Shown here one piece after another: positions 59,060 through 64,000 of a DNA stretch of 64,000 nucleotides; position 1 is the first letter of the stretch; each line of letters starts with the position of its first letter. The stretch lies in NCBI GenBank assembly GCA_964188305.1, contig OZ076901.1; one strand, 5' to 3'. Source of the stretch: Podarcis bocagei. Its lineage: Eukaryota. The position numbers were made by a program, and so were the translations under genes. The notes beneath the pieces are model-generated. The model was not told the origin of the DNA. It was given only the letters and a program-made list of their open reading frames with translations, and made no database searches.

Positions 59060-59525
59060 GCTGGTGGTGTCTGACCAGGAGCGAGACCTTGGAGTCACGA
59101 ATAGCTCAGTGAAGATGTTGACCCATCATGTGACAGCTGTAAAAAAGGCATATTGCATGCTAGGGATTGTTAGCAAAGGAATGGAAAATAAACTGCTGAT
59201 ATCATAATGCTGTCACAGAAAACGTGTGGTGCACTCACTTTGGAATAGTGTCTACGGTTCTGCTTGCCTCACCTCTAAAAGGGTACTGTAGTGTTGGAAA
59301 AGGGCAACCAGAATGATCAAGAGGGTGGAAGGATTCCCCAACAAGGAAAGATTGCAGTCTTTGTGGCTTTTTAGTTTAGAGAAAAGGCAAGTAAGAGGCA
59401 ACATGATAGAAGTGTATAAAAGTATGCATGGAATGCAGAAAGTGGATAGAGAAGAAAAGTTTTTTCCCCTATCATAACACTAGAACTTGGGAACATCCAA
59501 AGAAGCTGACTGAGGATTCAGAGCA
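59060..59525 (+). mobile_element. Degenerate CR1 LINE ORF2 3' fragment
   Basis: CR1-like GAGACCTTGGAGTC, TTGGAATAGTGT...GTTCTG, AGGGCAACCAGAATGATCAAG, TTTAGTTTAGAGAAAAGGCAAGTAAGAGGCAACATGATAGAAGT; no intact ORF. Confidence 0.75.
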
Positions 59526-60184
59526 GACCAATAATCACCCCCCCCCAATAGCCATAATGGGGAAAAAAGAAGATGAGGAGCTTCACAATTCTAACCTTTG
59601 ATGCTCTGGATTAGAAACAAACTTGTGGATATGTGGAAGAGGTGCATTGCTGGCTATTGTTTTCCTGAAACTTACCTAGAAAGTCTGCAAACATAAAGTT
59701 GCCAAGTCTTCCCCTGTTTCTGTGGTCTTAGCCCTGCTTTTTCTAACCAGTGTGCTCTCCATAGAGAGGATCAGATATTGTAGAAGGTCCGCTCTCTTGC
59801 ACTATGTAATTTGTGTCTCTCACTTCCAAGCTGCTGGGCTTGTTAACTCTGCAAGGCCAGTTCCTACTTGTAGGCCCTTTATCCTTTCTGGAGGGCTGAA
59901 TGGTCCAGTCCATGCAGCCTTTCCATTTCAGTTTAATGCCTCAAGGACGCTTACTTCAAAAGGTCCCTTCTGCTAACTACCACACTGACCCAACTCAGCT
60001 CCATTTTCCCCCTACCTGCAAACAACAGCAAGGCAGACTCTGCTATCGGATCCTTCTTGCTTATGGCCCATCCTGGCAGCACACCTCAGCTTGGAGCTTT
60101 GAACTCTCGCAAGGTTTCTCCAGAGTAAACAGCTCACAGTGGCAACAGTCAAGCTGCTCTCCATCTCGTGGACTTCTTCCAAAA

Positions 60185-60268
60185 GGGTAGCTGCGTTAGT
60201 CTGTTGCAGCAAAAACAAAAGAGTCTTCTGTCACCTTAAAGACTAACAAATTTGTTTTGGCAAAGCTC
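60185..60268 (-). mobile_element. Old Penelope-like fragment
   Basis: GGTAGCTGCGTTAGTCTG...CACCTTAAAGACTAACAAATTT resembles the same family, diverged. Confidence 0.55.
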
Positions 60269-61224
60269 TAGACCGCAAAAACCTGTGCCATTAAAAATCT
60301 CATGGGTGTGTGGCTATTCCTGGCTCTTAACCCAGCTCAGAATGCCGCTGCAGAGGGTCCTCTTTCTCCAGGATCCTGTTGTTCTCAAACTGGGCAAAGT
60401 GGAGAAGGCCAGGAAAGGCATGAAGCCAGCCAGGTTCTTGGCAGTTCCAGGTCACACTGTCTGTAGGCAATTACACCCACCTTCCTGCTCAAGTGCAGTG
60501 ATGTTTCAGACGATGGGGGGCGGGAGCAGCAAATTCTTGCCTTTAAACAAAGGGTCAGGTGCATCTGAGCTGCAGCACGCCTCTTCTCTGGATGAAAAAG
60601 GCCTCTCCCCACCTAGTTTGATAAAACAGAGTTGGAAGAATGCTGTATGTTTCTCCCCCCCATCCTCTTCACTCCCCCCCCATTACAGGATCCATTTGTT
60701 TTTCATGAGCTATATTTAGGTGGCACTGGCAGAACCCCCAAACTGCTGAGTCCTGTTAAATCAATATTTTTTTTCCTTAGAAGGCAGAGATCAGCATTAC
60801 CAAGTAAATGGTAAATAATATTTTGGTTTAGCATAGCTGAAGGTTTTTCCACTGCAAATTCCCTCATGTCCAGCCATGGTAAATTATTCAGGTGGTAGTG
60901 GTGGTGGTGGTGGTTAAAGCAAAAAAGATCCTCTGCATTTTTAGAGAAGTCAAATAAAATAATAAAGGGGTCTTTGAGAGTAGCTCTTCACCCAGTGTTT
61001 GTAAAGAGATGTCACTTTGAGGTGTTTCCACTGAGGTGGCAACAGGAGGGTCCACCCGATGCCCAGAGAGCTGGACATTAAAGTAGCTTGTGGTGGCAAG
61101 AGCAATGCATTTCTCTCTCAAACTTTATTTTGATGTAGGAAACTTGAAAGTGGGGATAGGGACAGAAAGATCCTGATGGAAGGGAAGACTCCCTCTTCCT
61201 CCCAGATAAGATCTGGATTGAATA

Positions 61225-61545
61225 TCCTAGGAGAAATGGTTAAAACATTTGCTGCTACTTAGTTTAGAAAAAAACAGGTCATGGTAGATGTGTATAAAAA
61301 GATGGGAAAGTGAATAGAGATAGGCTTTTCTCCCTCTCTCATAATATGTACTATCATCTCTTAATACTGTGGGGTCATCCAACGAAACTTCACACAGCGC
61401 ATAGTTAAAACTATGGAATTTGATCCTTCAAAAAAGGTAGCAATGATAAGCTTCTTGAGGCACAGTGGGAAACATGATGCTGAACTGGACTTTGTAGGTC
61501 TTTGGCCTGATCCAAGCAGCCAGGTCCTTTTTACATTCCTGCATT
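61225..61545 (+). mobile_element. Highly degenerate CR1 3' fragment
   Basis: TTAGTTTAGAAAAAA, TTTTCTCCCTCTCTCATAAT, ACTGGACT...TTGGCCTGATCCA. Confidence 0.5.
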
Positions 61546-64000
61546 AAGCTGAGGTGCAGTGAGCACACATTGGCTCGAGACAGTGATTCTCTTTTTCCTT
61601 GCACTTCTTTCGGAAGGAGTATCTGTCTTTGTTCGTGGCAGGTGTATGCTCATTCCATTCTCTTTTCCTTCTCATTCTCTTTTATCGTTGAAAGGGGATT
61701 CAACTGCTTCTGCAGACTTCTGCTGTGCTTTAGAAGAAACTGCTGACACTGGTGGTGCTTATCATCTTTCTTTCCACTCTCTCAAAGCCTGGCTCTAGCT
61801 GCAGGAGAGCAGCTATTCAGGGTGGGATCTGGGAATACAGAGAAGTGAGAGCAGGTGAGTTGCTGAATGCTGGAGAAGCTGAAGCTTTGTCCCATCAAGC
61901 ATCTCCCATTACTAAGTCCTTATTCCACTCCATTACACGGGTTCTGACCCGGCATCTGTTCTAGGGTGGCTAGAAGCTCAGGTTTAGCAATATTTCTCTT
62001 AATCTAAGGTAGCTGTTGGCTTTGCAAAGAGCTCTGCTTTGATGCAGTTGTTTTGCTAGTTTGTTTATACAAATAATGTATCTGGTCTTTCTCCCTTCGA
62101 AAGAATACTTCCAGTGTAAGAACAAACACAAAAATAAAATTAACAGCAACCCGCCCTCATTTAATGCCAACACAATTCAAGTCTAAAGCAGGGGGAAGGC
62201 AGGGCTAGCAATTAATAAAATTAAAGAGCAACGGAAGAAAAGTTTCCTTTAAAGAGAGCAACCTTCAAACACTGTCAGGAGCCGAGATGCTGGGAGTTGC
62301 AGACCAACAGCATATAAGGACCTGAGGTTGAAGAGCCCTGATAACTTCTGCAACACAGACAGGGCTCTGCGGCTGAGGAAGCCGTGTTGCATGTTGCCAC
62401 AAACCACACAGAGCAACAGAACACACTAATGGGCCACCACAGCTGCTCTTAAAGGATGCACAGATTCACATGGGAGGAGACGGTCCTTTGAAACTGATAA
62501 ACAGCACATTGAGTTGCACTTGCAAATGAACTTGCAGGCAGCACAGCTGATACTGCAGAGAGGTCAGGATTTTAGCAGCATAATTTATCACCGGTTGAAG
62601 CTTCCAAGAGATTTTTAGGAACAGCCCCACACAGAGCATGCTACAACTCAAATCAAGATGCAATTGGTGCATTCAGGATCACGTCCCTTGTAAATGGCAA
62701 TTGAAACTGAGCAGTGTAGCGGTCAAATACTAGTGTAAGGGTTTTCCTTCCCCGCTCCCCTCCTCTCTTGCCACATTTTCACTATGGCTGGGGCAGCTCC
62801 CCCAAAAAGGGCTGTGCCACCCAGGGTAAGTGACACTAGTAGTTACTCCCTCTAACTGGGAGTAACTCACTTGCTTTCCAGGGATGGTGGGGGAACCCTC
62901 TCAACAAGGCAATCTTGGGAGAAGAGGTATGGCAGCCAGTGGGCTGGCCTTGAGAAGACCTTCCACCCTGGAGGCATCCGCCAGACCAGCAGAATGTATA
63001 CAGGTCCTCACAAGTGCAAAACAGCTATGGTTTCTGCACCTCCAGTGTTGAGTCCCCAATAACTGTACATTGCATCCTTCTCCCCCTGCCCCCACAATAC
63101 AAAAATTATCCCTTACTGCATTTGGGGTTGAGGAAAGGGGGGCCACAAGATGTTGGAAGTGTGGAAACAGAGTGGACATTCTTCTCCTAGCTGAAACTAG
63201 TGCAGCAATTCTAAGCAGTGCCCACTAAGTAATCCATTTCGCTGGAAGCCCCCTTGTTCCCCTGGAACAGTAGTAGGTTGGGTCTGCCCCAGGAGGAGAC
63301 TCAGGCCAGAAGCGGCCCCACTTATCCATGTGGTGGTGCCCCTCAGCCCCTGTCACACTGGGCTTGTTTCTTGAGAACAGCCTCTGCAGCAAGCCCCAAG
63401 TTTTGCTCTGCTCAGGAGGCTCCAAGATGCCCTGCGTTTCTCTCCTATTTATTTATTTCTGTTGGGAATGTAATAAAACTCCGTCAGGAAATGGAGCTGG
63501 TTCCATGAAATTCTCCGCAGCCCACTGCTGGGAAGGCCAGACAAGGAGCCACTTTGTGTGAGGAGGAGGAAAGGCTTTGCTGCCAGGACCAGCCTCTAGG
63601 CTGGGAGTTATTGGGGGGAGGGCAGCAGCAGGGGGGGGATGTGGGGATAGGCAAAGAAAGAAGAATCTGTGCTGCTGAACTGTAGCCGAACCCCACCCCA
63701 ACTCCTCTTAACCCACCCCAGGCCTTACCACCGCGGCTGGATGAACCCCTGAGCAGGAGCTCAAGTCCGCAAGGTAGCAGCAGGGAAAGTTACAGTGAAC
63801 AGCCTTGTGTGAGGGGCCTTGGATATTTATGATGTCAAAAGCCAACCTGCTTGCCACTAGGGGAATTCCAGAGGGAAGGATAAGAGCCTGGCTGCCCCCT
63901 GGGTCGTCAAGCTGGCCAAAAGGGACTTGCGGCAAACGTCCGCCATGCAGATGCCACCAGAAATGGTGTCCCTGTGCCTAGCCCTCAGTCTCCATGCCCT

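Noticed and set aside
52431-64000. Short ORFs downstream of FKBP6, and the expected FZD9 gene
   Set aside because: No ORF resembles a known protein and no Frizzled sequence is present; the gene probably lies beyond the window.

Overview
Vertebrate genomic DNA, almost certainly a squamate reptile. It carries Sauria SINEs, BovB, CR1 and Penelope-like fragments plus a TcMar-type MITE family; a lacertid lizard is my inference. The window holds the single-copy gene block syntenic to the human Williams-Beuren (7q11.23) flank: the last six coding exons of HIP1 (+), POM121 (+, 13 exons, ~1218 aa), NSUN5 (-, 10 exons, 477 aa), TRIM50 (+, 6 coding exons, 494 aa) and FKBP6 (+, 9 exons). About 11.5 kb of non-coding DNA follows. 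I reconstructed all exons by hand, with consistent splice phases. Most notable observations: (1) a start-codon ladder in POM121 exon 1 that predicts a soluble, transmembrane-less POM121 by leaky scanning; (2) TRIM50 is inverted relative to mammals; (3) an inverted MITE pair brackets FKBP6 exons 3-5; (4) a 1-nt shift puts the ancestral FKBP6 stop out of frame; (5) minimal hammerhead-ribozyme motifs sit in Penelope fragments; (6) NSUN5 has a GC-AG first intron and an N-terminal extension. Comparisons to human and mouse are from memory; no database search was run.
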